Source: Candidatus Poseidoniaceae archaeon
GTDB lineage: Archaea > Thermoplasmatota > Poseidoniia > Poseidoniales > Poseidoniaceae
Assembly (NCBI GenBank): GCA_964228815.1
Contig: CAXRAL010000007.1
Span: forward strand, 41,891-105,890
Direction: 5' to 3'
Length of the DNA stretch: 64,000 nt
Part shown: in pieces, positions 24,710-34,104 of the stretch
Position numbering within the stretch: position 1 is the stretch's first letter
How the letters are laid out: every line of letters begins with the position of its first letter
Made by a program: the position numbers and the translations under genes
The notes under the pieces: model-generated
The model's input: the letters and a program-made list of their open reading frames with translations, nothing else
What the model was told of the DNA's origin: nothing
Database searches by the model: none

Positions 24710-25702
24710 ATGGCCAACGACATCGGGAAAGCCATGGCTCGGTTAAAGCACCGAGACATTCGCACCCGACGTCGGGCGGTTCGGACGCTGTTTGAGCATG
24801 ATGACCCCTCCGTGCTGCAAGCGTTCAAGCCACTGCTTGATGACGAGGACACCTGGTTCGTCTCAAAAGCACTGGATGCCTACCGAACATGGGGGTTGCT
24901 GTCTGGCAGTGAAGCGATCGAGACCCTTCTCAATCACCGCAATTTGGACGTTCGCAGGGCTGGCGCCAACCTTCTCGCTCCTCTTGGCCAACAAGGCGTT
25001 TCGCTGGCGCTGGTTGCCCTGGACGATGAAGACAACGTCGTGCAGCGGAAAGCGGCCCGGGCTTTGCTTCTCGTGGGAGACGCCGATGTTGCAGAGCGCC
25101 TGGCACACCACAACAGCGATTCAATCCGGGCCACCGGCATGGGCCATCCAGTGCTGCCCGAACCGACCTTGCGTGCAGGGCTGAGCGACCCTCATGAGGG
25201 CGTGCGAGTGGCGGCTTTGAAGAACGCCCTCAAGCGAAGTGTGGACGTGAAAATGGATGATTTGGTTCCGTTCTTGGAAGCCGGGCACCACACCGTGGAC
25301 ATCCTGGTATGGGCGGCCGAACACGAAGCATCGCAGCTCAAACAACTCACCCAGCACATCAAACCAAAGGACATGAAGGCACTCGGGGACCACCTTCGTG
25401 CGACCGTCTCGGATCGTTCTGACCCGTTGATTCAACATCTTCTCGACGGCGGTTTGCTCGAACCTGTGGCACGTTGGGTGATCCGACAAAATGCATCGGA
25501 GGACGACCTTCGATGGCAACTCATCAACGACGAACGCCTCCATGTTATCGAGCGGTGCAAACTCCTCGAACGTCTCATCGGTCGAGCCAACGAACCGAGT
25601 GTCCTTGAACGGGTCAACGAACTCGCTGAGACCACGAAAGATGAACTCCTCAAGGTAGCGTGCGAGAACCTATCAACCGCCGCAACTGAACTTGGAGCAT
25701 GA
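24710..25702 (+). CDS. HEAT-repeat protein
   Basis: Repeated 'L.D.D..VR..A' units. Overlaps the M61 gene start (ATGA). Confidence 0.8.
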   Translation: MANDIGKAMARLKHRDIRTRRRAVRTLFEHDDPSVLQAFKPLLDDEDTWFVSKALDAYRTWGLLSGSEAIETLLNHRNLDVRRAGANLLAPLGQQGVSLALVALDDEDNVVQRKAARALLLVGDADVAERLAHHNSDSIRATGMGHPVLPEPTLRAGLSDPHEGVRVAALKNALKRSVDVKMDDLVPFLEAGHHTVDILVWAAEHEASQLKQLTQHIKPKDMKALGDHLRATVSDRSDPLIQHLLDGGLLEPVARWVIRQNASEDDLRWQLINDERLHVIERCKLLERLIGRANEPSVLERVNELAETTKDELLKVACENLSTAATELGA

Positions 25703-27510
25703 GCCTGCCACCCTCCGGTATCCGCTTTCACGCCGATGCGACCAACGGCCGTCAACACCATCTTGGTGCAGGGCTGACCATCGAAGGGCCCTTCACCTCA
25801 CTGCAACTGGTCTTGAGATTCCCTCGTTGGGTACCGGGGTCCTATTTCCTCCGGGAACCGATTCAACACATGTTTGATTTTTCTGCAACCGACGATGCCG
25901 GCACGGAATTGAAATGGAAGCGCGTCGGCGTTGATGGCATCTCGGTTCGCCTCCGAAAAAGCTCCAAGACGGTCCGCCTTGACTACACGCTGCTTGCCAA
26001 GGAACTGAGCGTCCGGTCCAACCACCTTGACACGACCCATTTGCACCTGATGCCACCCTTCACATGGTTTTGGCCCGAACGCGGCATCGACAGCACGCGT
26101 TTGGAATTGAAGCACGGCGTGGACATCACGGCACCATCAGCGTGGACCCCGGCGACGCAACTCCATCTCGATTCAAGCGAAGACCTGAACGATGCCAGCA
26201 AGCAGTGGCACTTCTCCACCGACGGCAGGGACCTGGTGCTGGACAGCATCATCGAAGTCAACCCGAACCCCACCATCACGCACAACATTTCCGGACGACC
26301 CCATCATCTGAAGTGGTGGGACAGCGGTGGCCACCAGCCGGACAGCACCCGCCTCCAATCCTTCATCGACGACATGGAACGTATTGCGAAGGAACATTAC
26401 GCCCTGTTCGGCGTGCCTGATTGGCCCGATTACACCACGGTGCTCCACCTGACCGACACCGGCAGGGGCGGACTGGAACACATGAATTCTCAAACCTCAA
26501 TGATGCCTCGTTCGTGTTTGTTCCCGGACCACGCTGACGAGTACAGGGACCTCGTGAGTTTGTTTTCTCATGAGTACCTCCATCAGTGGAACGTCAAACG
26601 CCTTCGACCCAAATCCTTCCTCGACTACGACTTGCAGTCGGAGACCCACACCGATCTCCTGTGGTGGTTTGAAGGCGCCACGTCGTGGCTGGGCGACATG
26701 ATGTGTGTACGCTCGGGTGCGTGGAGTGAGGAGGACTGGCGATTGGACTTTGAGCGAAAAATGAAGCGGCACACCGCCAACAACGGCATGCTTCGAGAAT
26801 CCCTTGCAGAGTCGAGCCATGATGCATGGATACACCTCTATAGAAGCGGACCCTACACGAGAGAGAACCAAATTTCCTACTACCTTGAAGGTGAACTGGC
26901 GCTGCTCTGCTTGGATGTTGAGTTGCGACGGCGAAACAACCACACCTTCGGTGCTTGCGACCTCATGGCAGAACTTGTTCGTCTGTACGCCATTGATTCG
27001 CCTGAATCCGAAGAGTTGGGCGTTGAGTACAAGGACATCCGAACGACACTCAAAACATGCCCGGGCGGCGAAGCCATGGGCCCCTACCTCGACCGTTTGG
27101 TCAAGCATCGAAACCATCCCAACCTCCAGCGCGCCCTGTCGGCGTTCAGATTGAAATTGGTGCCGCACGCCTCCGACAAGGAAGGAAAGGGATGGCTGGG
27201 TGTCGGCCTCAAAGAGGCCGCCGGCCGGGTCGTGATCACCACTTACCACGCTGGCTCGCCCCTTCGAGAACTGACTCAGGTCGGGGACGAACTGCTTGCG
27301 ATTGACGGCGTGCGCATCAAGTCCGTTCCTCACCTCAAGAAACTCATCGCCGGCCGAACCGCTGATGAGCTCACCATTGACGTGGTCCATGAAGGCATTT
27401 TGAGCACCGTGAACCTGACCCTCCCAGCCTCACCACAGCACGGTGTTTCCCTCAAAGGAAAGGGAAATGAGCGCTGGCGGGATTGGATCAAGACGCGTCA
27501 GGCCCCGTAA
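25699..27510 (+). CDS. M61 (glycyl aminopeptidase) family metallopeptidase with C-terminal PDZ domain
   Basis: PRWVPGSY, GGLEHMNS, SHEYLHQWNVKRLRP, LWWFEG, ISYY and PDZ-like GDELLAIDG. Confidence 0.92.
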   Translation: MSLPPSGIRFHADATNGRQHHLGAGLTIEGPFTSLQLVLRFPRWVPGSYFLREPIQHMFDFSATDDAGTELKWKRVGVDGISVRLRKSSKTVRLDYTLLAKELSVRSNHLDTTHLHLMPPFTWFWPERGIDSTRLELKHGVDITAPSAWTPATQLHLDSSEDLNDASKQWHFSTDGRDLVLDSIIEVNPNPTITHNISGRPHHLKWWDSGGHQPDSTRLQSFIDDMERIAKEHYALFGVPDWPDYTTVLHLTDTGRGGLEHMNSQTSMMPRSCLFPDHADEYRDLVSLFSHEYLHQWNVKRLRPKSFLDYDLQSETHTDLLWWFEGATSWLGDMMCVRSGAWSEEDWRLDFERKMKRHTANNGMLRESLAESSHDAWIHLYRSGPYTRENQISYYLEGELALLCLDVELRRRNNHTFGACDLMAELVRLYAIDSPESEELGVEYKDIRTTLKTCPGGEAMGPYLDRLVKHRNHPNLQRALSAFRLKLVPHASDKEGKGWLGVGLKEAAGRVVITTYHAGSPLRELTQVGDELLAIDGVRIKSVPHLKKLIAGRTADELTIDVVHEGILSTVNLTLPASPQHGVSLKGKGNERWRDWIKTRQAP

Positions 27511-27970
27511 GCGGAGGAAGTTCCTCCAACGTTTCGAGGGGCACAAAAATCGGCGGCGTCTCATCGGGGAGCGTATGGCGGCTTGTCTTTGGGGGAAACA
27601 CCTCATCGGAGAGCGACATGGCAATCACTTCTTCCTTCGTCAGTGAATCCAGCCCACATGCTGGCCAAACGCCGAGTTGAATCGAATCGTCTTCAAGGTA
27701 GTCCACGCACACAGCAGGCACCCGCTTCAACCCCAACAGCACGGCAATGGAATGCCGATGATGACCGTCCAAAATGGCTCCCGTGCGCTTGTCGACGATG
27801 AGTGGTTTGGTGTAGCCACCCCACTTTTTGGTCATCTCGAGCAGTTTATCTCGGTTCTTGGGCTTGATTTCCTCATGGACTTTGAGCCACGCGACGGGGA
27901 CCAGTTGAACATCGTCTTCTGCCCACGACATGCCGTTGTCTCGCTGCCGATTCACATAATGCTTTTTCAT
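27488..27970 (-). CDS. ParB/Srx N-terminal-domain protein, SerK-like (short form)
   Basis: KVHEE, PLIVD, ILDGHHR, VDY..WPA and TKEEVI...FPPKTSRH. Confidence 0.75.
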   Translation of the reverse strand: MKKHYVNRQRDNGMSWAEDDVQLVPVAWLKVHEEIKPKNRDKLLEMTKKWGGYTKPLIVDKRTGAILDGHHRHSIAVLLGLKRVPAVCVDYLEDDSIQLGVWPACGLDSLTKEEVIAMSLSDEVFPPKTSRHTLPDETPPIFVPLETLEELPPLTGPDAS

Positions 27971-28003
27971 GCCCCGCACGCCACAAGCACCAAGGGTGAA
28001 CTC

Positions 28004-29368
28004 ATGGGAGGTACCGAAGCTCTTCTGAAAGGCCTCAAGGCCGACATGGAAGGTGCGCCTTGCCCACCACCCATCGCCCGATGGTTGGCGAGCTTGCCTG
28101 ATGATTTACTCAGCCTACTGCAAACCCTTGCCGAAGCGGGCGAAGGCGCATGGCTGGTCGGCGGTTGTGTGCGCGATGCATGGCTTGGCGAGGCAGCCCC
28201 GGACATTGACGTGTGCACCACCTGCACACCTCACCGCATGATGGAACTCTTCGGCGAACAAGCCATCCCCACGGGCATTGATTTTGGCACCATCACGGTG
28301 AAGGGACAAGGGCGGCATTACGAAGTGACCACCCTCCGCACCGAATCGCTCTACCGGGACGGACGGCGTCCTGACGTCGTCAATTGGGGTCGTTCGTTGA
28401 AGGAGGATTTGAGTCGAAGGGACTTCACCTTCAACAGCATGGCCGTCGATGTCGCCCGACGCAGGCTGTATGATCCGTACAATGGAATGGTTGACCTCCA
28501 ACAGCGCCTGGTTCGAGCGGTCGGCGATGCCAGTCAGCGCTGCGAAGAAGATGCACTCCGAATCCTCCGTGCCTACCGGTTTACCCGACGGGACAGCGGC
28601 CCCCTGTGGGCCATGGACGCTGAGCTTGAGCAGGCCATCGCTCGCCACGGCACCCGCCTGAGCATGGTGGCGATCGAACGACGGTGGATGGAAGTCAAGA
28701 AGATCCTCGCTGGACCAAAGCCAGGGTCTGTCCTCCAAGCCATGCAGGACGGGGGTGTCCTGCGTCATGTCTTTGAGCACCTCATCGTCATGAACACCGC
28801 TCTTCTCAACGTGTTGGACGATGACCGACTTCAACGGCTCCATCTTCACCAGCGCCTCGCCTTGATGATGGTTGAACACCCCACAAAAGAAGCGGTTCAG
28901 CAACTCAAAAGCCTGCGGGCCTCCAACGAACTTCAGCGTTCCACGGCCGCCTTCCATGAAGTCCTGGGCCACCTGCCCTCGAGCGATACGGCGGCGCTAC
29001 GCGTGTTCAGCCATGCCCTCACGACCCAGGCAGAAGCACACCTGCTGACCCTGAAGTGTCTGGCAGACCACGATGTTCGACTCCATACGGGGCTTCAACC
29101 AGAAGCCGCTGCCGTCTCAGAAGTGAAGAAGCGATGGCGCTCTGTGGGACCCAAGAGCGAACCCGTGCCGTGTTTGGTGGACGGGCACTGGCTGATGGCG
29201 CACACGAACATTGGCCAAGGGCTGCGCCTGGGACGGTTGAAGCAATGGTTGCATCGACGCCAAATCGAGGAGGATGTGACCACCATGGAAGGCATGGAAG
29301 CCCTGCTCATTCGGACGCCCTACGAGCACGGTGGTGTCGAAGACTGGCCAACCCCCTCGTTCCCTTGA
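28004..29368 (+). CDS. cca: Class II (bacterial-type) tRNA nucleotidyltransferase / CCA-adding enzyme
   Basis: LVGGCVRD, DIDVCT, YEVTTLR, DLSRRDFTFNSMA, EDALRILRAYRF and ERRWME. Start is 28004 or 28046. Confidence 0.85.
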   Translation: MGGTEALLKGLKADMEGAPCPPPIARWLASLPDDLLSLLQTLAEAGEGAWLVGGCVRDAWLGEAAPDIDVCTTCTPHRMMELFGEQAIPTGIDFGTITVKGQGRHYEVTTLRTESLYRDGRRPDVVNWGRSLKEDLSRRDFTFNSMAVDVARRRLYDPYNGMVDLQQRLVRAVGDASQRCEEDALRILRAYRFTRRDSGPLWAMDAELEQAIARHGTRLSMVAIERRWMEVKKILAGPKPGSVLQAMQDGGVLRHVFEHLIVMNTALLNVLDDDRLQRLHLHQRLALMMVEHPTKEAVQQLKSLRASNELQRSTAAFHEVLGHLPSSDTAALRVFSHALTTQAEAHLLTLKCLADHDVRLHTGLQPEAAAVSEVKKRWRSVGPKSEPVPCLVDGHWLMAHTNIGQGLRLGRLKQWLHRRQIEEDVTTMEGMEALLIRTPYEHGGVEDWPTPSFP

Positions 29369-29411
29369 TGGTCGGCATCAATTTCATGTGCGCCGAGGTT
29401 CTCGGCGTTCC

Positions 29412-30467
29412 ATGGCGACCGTGGAATTCCGCGACAAAGAGAACTTCATGCAGCGAGCAGCCGCCATCAATCGACGGGTCGAAGGCATCACTCGCAACAA
29501 CACCATGGCGGGTCTGCTCAACAACAATTTCAAGAAATGGTTGGGGGATTCTGCCATGTCGCCGGTGAAACTCACCGAGGAGCTCGACACCAACAAGGAC
29601 GGCTTCATCTCGGGTGACGAATTCGCTACGCTGCTCGGGAAGATGACCGGGGAGCGTCCGCCGGAATGGGTGGTTGAACTGGTCTTTTCCTTCGTCAACG
29701 CCAACGTCAACGAAGGCATTCCTGTTCGGGACTGGATGGCGTTTTTGGCCGCCAGTGGCATGGAGTTCCCCGACGAATTGTTCGAGGAAAAGGTGGAGGT
29801 AACCGGTGCCATCGGTATCCTCGAAGACACTTACGAAACAGGTCAACAGATCTCCGTTTCGGTGTCGTTCAACGTTGAAGTTGTGGCCTACGAATTCTCT
29901 GTGTTTGACAACGCCACAAGGCAGGAAATCCACGCCTCGCTCACACCCAACGTCGACATGGACCGACCCGATTTCGATGAATTCGTCATTGAACTGGATG
30001 AAGCGGGTAACTTCACCGCAGAACTGCGTCATCTTGGCGCTCGCCTTGATACGCACACGTTCACCGTGTTGCCAGCGCCGGTGGAACCGGTGGTTGAGCA
30101 TGTCGAGGAGGCGCCCGCACCGGTTGAGGTGCATGAAACCCCCTTGGAACCGGTCGTGGACGGCTTCGAATCCTTCGTGGCTCATCTTGAATCCATGAAG
30201 TTGCGCAGTGAGGCCCAAGCGGCCATCGGGGAATCGGGAACCTACGGTGTCCCCGTCATCGTTCAATCCATTTCTCGCACGCTGCTCGGGGTTGGCGAGT
30301 ACCGAAACGGTTTCACGGCCCACTGCACGACGGGAGAGGGCACCACGTTCCGCATGATGCTCAAGCCAACAGAAAACCCACCGACGGCCGGCCAAACCTA
30401 CGAGGTGGCCCTCAAGCCACACGATTGGGACGTCGCCCTCAAGCAGTTGATCTGTTTAGAAGCGTGA
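29412..30467 (+). CDS. EF-hand-containing multidomain hypothetical protein
   Basis: Canonical EF loop DTNKDGFISGDEF and a degenerate second loop, then beta-rich domains separated by a P/V/E linker. Confidence 0.7.
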   Translation: MATVEFRDKENFMQRAAAINRRVEGITRNNTMAGLLNNNFKKWLGDSAMSPVKLTEELDTNKDGFISGDEFATLLGKMTGERPPEWVVELVFSFVNANVNEGIPVRDWMAFLAASGMEFPDELFEEKVEVTGAIGILEDTYETGQQISVSVSFNVEVVAYEFSVFDNATRQEIHASLTPNVDMDRPDFDEFVIELDEAGNFTAELRHLGARLDTHTFTVLPAPVEPVVEHVEEAPAPVEVHETPLEPVVDGFESFVAHLESMKLRSEAQAAIGESGTYGVPVIVQSISRTLLGVGEYRNGFTAHCTTGEGTTFRMMLKPTENPPTAGQTYEVALKPHDWDVALKQLICLEA

Positions 30468-31637
30468 TCACTTCAACGCACGAGCGATCACGATGCGCTG
30501 CACCTCTTGTGTGCCCTCGTAAATCTGCGTGATCTTTGCATCACGGAAGAAGCGTTCAACGGGGAATTCCTTGGTGTAGCCGTAGCCACCAAGCACCTGT
30601 ATGGCTCGTTCCGACACCCACATGGCGGTGTCACCAGCGAACAACTTGGCCATGCTGGCCTCCTTGGAGTGCCGTGGACCATCGGCGTGGTAGTGCTGTT
30701 CCTTGGTCCAGGCTGCCTTGTACACCAGCAGACGAGCAGCCTCGATTTGCGTCGCCATGTCGGCGAGGTAGGCCATAATCATCTGGTGGTATGCGATCGG
30801 CTTTCCGAAAGCCTCTCGCTCGTGAGCGTACTGCAGCGCTGACTCGTACGCGCCCTGGGCGATGCCCAACGCTTGTGCGGCGATGCCAATGCGGCTGTTG
30901 TCGAGGGCGTTCATGGCGATGGGGAACCCGTTGCCGACACCTTTGATGGCGTTTTCAATCGGCACTTTGCAGTTGTTGAGCACCAGCGTGCACGTGTCTG
31001 ACGAGCGAATACCCAACTTGTCCTCTTTCTTTCCGACGGAGAATCCTTCGTAAGCAGCATCAACGATGAACGCCGTGGTGCCGCCGTGCTTCTTTGTCCC
31101 GTAGTCGGGGTGGTCAACGTCTTTGGCGAACAGAACGATGATTTGTGCCTGTGCGCCGTTGGTAACCCACATCTTTTCGCCGTTGAGAATGTAATGCGTG
31201 CCGTCGTCAGAGAGTTTAGCTTTGCAAGACATGGCAGCAGCGTCGGTTCCAGCACCTGCTTCGGAAAGTGAATAAGCGCCTACTTCGCCTGCTGCGAGGC
31301 GAGGGAGGAAGGTTGACTTCTGATGCTCATCACCGTGAAGTGCAATGGTCATGGAACACAGACCAACGTGGACACAGTACATGACAGCAAAAGACGGGTC
31401 GACCCGTGCCAACTCTTCGATGATGATCGCCTCGGACACGTCATCGATGGGCGAACCACCGTAGGCTTCGGGAATCGTGATGCCGTGGAGACCGTATTCG
31501 AGGAAGGCCTGCCATTCTTCGGAAGGTGGGATTTGGTTTTGGTCTCGATGTTCCACCGTGGGCGCAAGCACCGTTTCAGCGAAGTCTCTCACCAATTCTC
31601 GAATCATCTGTTGTTCGTCGGTTTCACCGAAGTTCAT
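30468..31637 (-). CDS. Acyl-CoA dehydrogenase (short/branched-chain type)
   Basis: YSLSEAGAGTDA, LNGEKMWVTNG, KLGIRSS and QVLGGYGY...ERFFRDAKITQIYEGTQEVQR. Confidence 0.95.
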   Translation of the reverse strand: MNFGETDEQQMIRELVRDFAETVLAPTVEHRDQNQIPPSEEWQAFLEYGLHGITIPEAYGGSPIDDVSEAIIIEELARVDPSFAVMYCVHVGLCSMTIALHGDEHQKSTFLPRLAAGEVGAYSLSEAGAGTDAAAMSCKAKLSDDGTHYILNGEKMWVTNGAQAQIIVLFAKDVDHPDYGTKKHGGTTAFIVDAAYEGFSVGKKEDKLGIRSSDTCTLVLNNCKVPIENAIKGVGNGFPIAMNALDNSRIGIAAQALGIAQGAYESALQYAHEREAFGKPIAYHQMIMAYLADMATQIEAARLLVYKAAWTKEQHYHADGPRHSKEASMAKLFAGDTAMWVSERAIQVLGGYGYTKEFPVERFFRDAKITQIYEGTQEVQRIVIARALK

Positions 31638-31755
31638 GCGCTCACCAAATCTCCCAACATGAGGAGTCTCTTAACCCGTTTGATTCGGAAAAATTACATT
31701 TTTTTCCTTAGTCTTCATATACCACCCGTGGAAGCCGCGAGATGAGGCAGCGACG

Positions 31756-32181
31756 ATGGATGACGACATCATTGAATTTGTGATTGCTCAAGACCGAAAA
31801 TACTCGATGGACCACCTATGGTTTCAGCAGAAAGACCAGAAGCTCATGATTGGCGTGAGTGAATTTCTCCGTGTTGAAATCGGCGATGTGCTGCGTGTGA
31901 TTTTGCCGCAGGCAGAAACCGAAATCGACGAAGGCGGCAGCCTGTTTTCGCTTTGGACCGCCGACGAGAAGATCTCGTTGACCTCGCCGTTCTCTGGCGT
32001 GATTTCCGACGTCAACGGCGAAGTTGAGATCAACCCCGACCTGGTGAACGATTCCGCCTACAACGACGGTTGGATCATTCTCCTTGAGCCACACGAATTG
32101 CAACTCAACCCCGACGACAAGCAGCTCCTCGAGAACCTCATGGAACACGACGAATACGTCGAATACCTCGCCGAACTTTGA
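31756..32181 (+). CDS. Glycine cleavage H-protein-like protein (canonical lipoyl Lys not conserved)
   Basis: YSMDHLW, IGVSEF..IGDV, SPFSGVISDVN and PDLVNDSAYNDGWI match the GcvH fold. Confidence 0.8.
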   Translation: MDDDIIEFVIAQDRKYSMDHLWFQQKDQKLMIGVSEFLRVEIGDVLRVILPQAETEIDEGGSLFSLWTADEKISLTSPFSGVISDVNGEVEINPDLVNDSAYNDGWIILLEPHELQLNPDDKQLLENLMEHDEYVEYLAEL

Positions 32182-32246
32182 ACGGGCGGCTGTTGCACGT
32201 CATCCTCCTCCCGAAGGATGATGAACTCACACCCCCACGGAATTCC

Positions 32247-32825
32247 ATGCCTGACGCCATGGAGCAACTCCGTGCCAGCCTCCAAGCAGCACCGGTCATC
32301 TGGAAAGGCGATTATCCGTACTTCATCCATCCCGTCACCGACGGTGTTCCCAGAATGAATCCTGAAGTCTTGACGGCCATCACTGAACTCGTTGTTGGCC
32401 GCGTCGATTGGTCCGGCGTGGACATCTTGCTCGGCATTGAAGCCATGGGTCTGCCCCTGACAGCTCCGCTGTCCATGGCCACGGGTATTCCGCTTGTGAT
32501 CGCTCGAAAGCGTTCCTACGGACTTGATGGTGAGGTGGAAATCGATCAGTCAACGGGCTATTCCAAGGGCGCCATGTACCTCAACGATCTGCAGCAGGGC
32601 GAACGAGTGGCCATTCTCGATGACGTGCTCTCAACCGGCGGCACCCTCGAGGCGGTGATTGAAGGCGTCCGACGAGCGGGGGCCGAGGTGACCGAAATCA
32701 TCGCTGTTGTGGAGAAAGGAGGCGGATTGCGTCGCCTGCAAGGGCTCTACCCCGACATTCGCATTCAGTCCTTGGTTCGCCTGGAGATGGACGGCGACAA
32801 AGTGGTGCTTCTCGACGAAGAATGA
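32247..32825 (+). CDS. hpt: Archaeal hypoxanthine/guanine (APRT-like) phosphoribosyltransferase
   Basis: APVIWKGDYPYFIHPVTDGVP, IEAMG, RKRSYGL and ILDDVLSTGGT. Confidence 0.88.
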   Translation: MPDAMEQLRASLQAAPVIWKGDYPYFIHPVTDGVPRMNPEVLTAITELVVGRVDWSGVDILLGIEAMGLPLTAPLSMATGIPLVIARKRSYGLDGEVEIDQSTGYSKGAMYLNDLQQGERVAILDDVLSTGGTLEAVIEGVRRAGAEVTEIIAVVEKGGGLRRLQGLYPDIRIQSLVRLEMDGDKVVLLDEE

Positions 32826-32905
32826 GCACACCTAGCCTCTGAGACGCATCCGTCCAATGGGTGGCTTCATGAGGGAGAGGCGCCGCCGCTGAGGTGAGGG
32901 GAAAC

Positions 32906-34015
32906 ATGGACCTTGACCGCCACGACTTCGAACTGGATGAGTTGATGGAGCGCATTCGCGCCAACGACAACCGTCTGATTGCCCTTCAGGTGCCTGAAGG
33001 CCTCAAGATGCAGGCCCTCGAAATGATGGACACCATCGAAACCGAAACCAGCGCCCAAGTGGTCCTGGCCGCCGACCCGTGCTACGGTGCGTGCGACCTC
33101 GTGCACGACAAGATGCAGCTCATGGGCGTGGAATTGGTCGCTCACATGGGTCATTCTCAGATGAACATCGATTCCGGCATGCCCACGCAATTCATCAACG
33201 TCACCTACGACGGCGACCCTGAACTCAGCCCCGTCCTTCCATGGCTCGAACAACACCGCGCCATGGCTCAAGCACGCCTGGCCGACCAAGGGCAAACCGC
33301 TGAGTTGACCGAAGAAGAAGCACAGGAGAAATTCATGGACGCCGTGGGGCGTATGGCACCGCTCACCGACACCAAACTCGGCCTTGTCGGTTCCATTCAG
33401 CACCTCCACCTGCTGCCCGAATTCCACGACCGTTTGGAGAAGGCAGGCTTTGACGTCACCATCCCCATCGGCGGTGCTCGCCTTTCCTTCCCCGGTCAGG
33501 TCTTGGGTTGCAATTACTCCGGCGACGATCCCTCAATCGGCCACTACCTCTTCCTCGGAAGCGGGGATTTCCACCCCATCGGCCTCGTGCTCCACACTGG
33601 TAAACCGCTGGCCATGCTTGACCCTTACACCGGTGATGCGGAGGAGATGTCGCTCCAACGCATTGAACGCATCCTTCGTCAGCGCTTTGGCCTCATCATG
33701 AGCGTCCAAGACGCCAACTCCTTTGGCATCCTCATTGGAGAAAAACCGGGTCAAATGCGGCGCACCCTCGCCCTTCGCATGAAGCGAATGCTGGCGAAGC
33801 ACGGCAAGAAAGGGTACCTGTTGGCGCTCGAGCACGTGGGGCCAGAACTCATCGACTTCTACCCCGTTGACGCCTTTGTCAACACCGCTTGCCCCCGCAT
33901 CGCCATCGATGATGCCGTCAAGTACCGCAAACCGCTCATCACGCCCTTCGAACTCGAAGTGGCCTTGGGTGAGAAACAGTGGGAGACGGGCTACCAGTTC
34001 GATGAAATCCCCTGA
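32906..34015 (+). CDS. dph2: Diphthamide biosynthesis protein Dph2 (2-(3-amino-3-carboxypropyl)histidine synthase)
   Basis: QVPEGLK, CYGACD, GQVLGCN and NTACPRIAIDD carry the three Fe-S cysteines. Confidence 0.93.
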   Translation: MDLDRHDFELDELMERIRANDNRLIALQVPEGLKMQALEMMDTIETETSAQVVLAADPCYGACDLVHDKMQLMGVELVAHMGHSQMNIDSGMPTQFINVTYDGDPELSPVLPWLEQHRAMAQARLADQGQTAELTEEEAQEKFMDAVGRMAPLTDTKLGLVGSIQHLHLLPEFHDRLEKAGFDVTIPIGGARLSFPGQVLGCNYSGDDPSIGHYLFLGSGDFHPIGLVLHTGKPLAMLDPYTGDAEEMSLQRIERILRQRFGLIMSVQDANSFGILIGEKPGQMRRTLALRMKRMLAKHGKKGYLLALEHVGPELIDFYPVDAFVNTACPRIAIDDAVKYRKPLITPFELEVALGEKQWETGYQFDEIP

Positions 34016-34104
34016 TTCACCGGGCCACGACGTGGAAAAGGCGAGCGGTGCACCCGTTTCGAGACCACATCTTTTAGAACGGTTGACATCAGCATTCCCT
34101 TGAT

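Noticed and set aside
27488..27970. ParB-domain gene as a chromosome-partitioning ParB
   Set aside because: No HTH or dimerisation domain and no parA nearby; the motifs fit the SerK-like branch better.
34016..34104. Possible ORB upstream of cdc6 (CCACGACGTGGAAAAGG)
   Set aside because: Single weak match without a G-string, a second copy or an AT-rich unwinding element.
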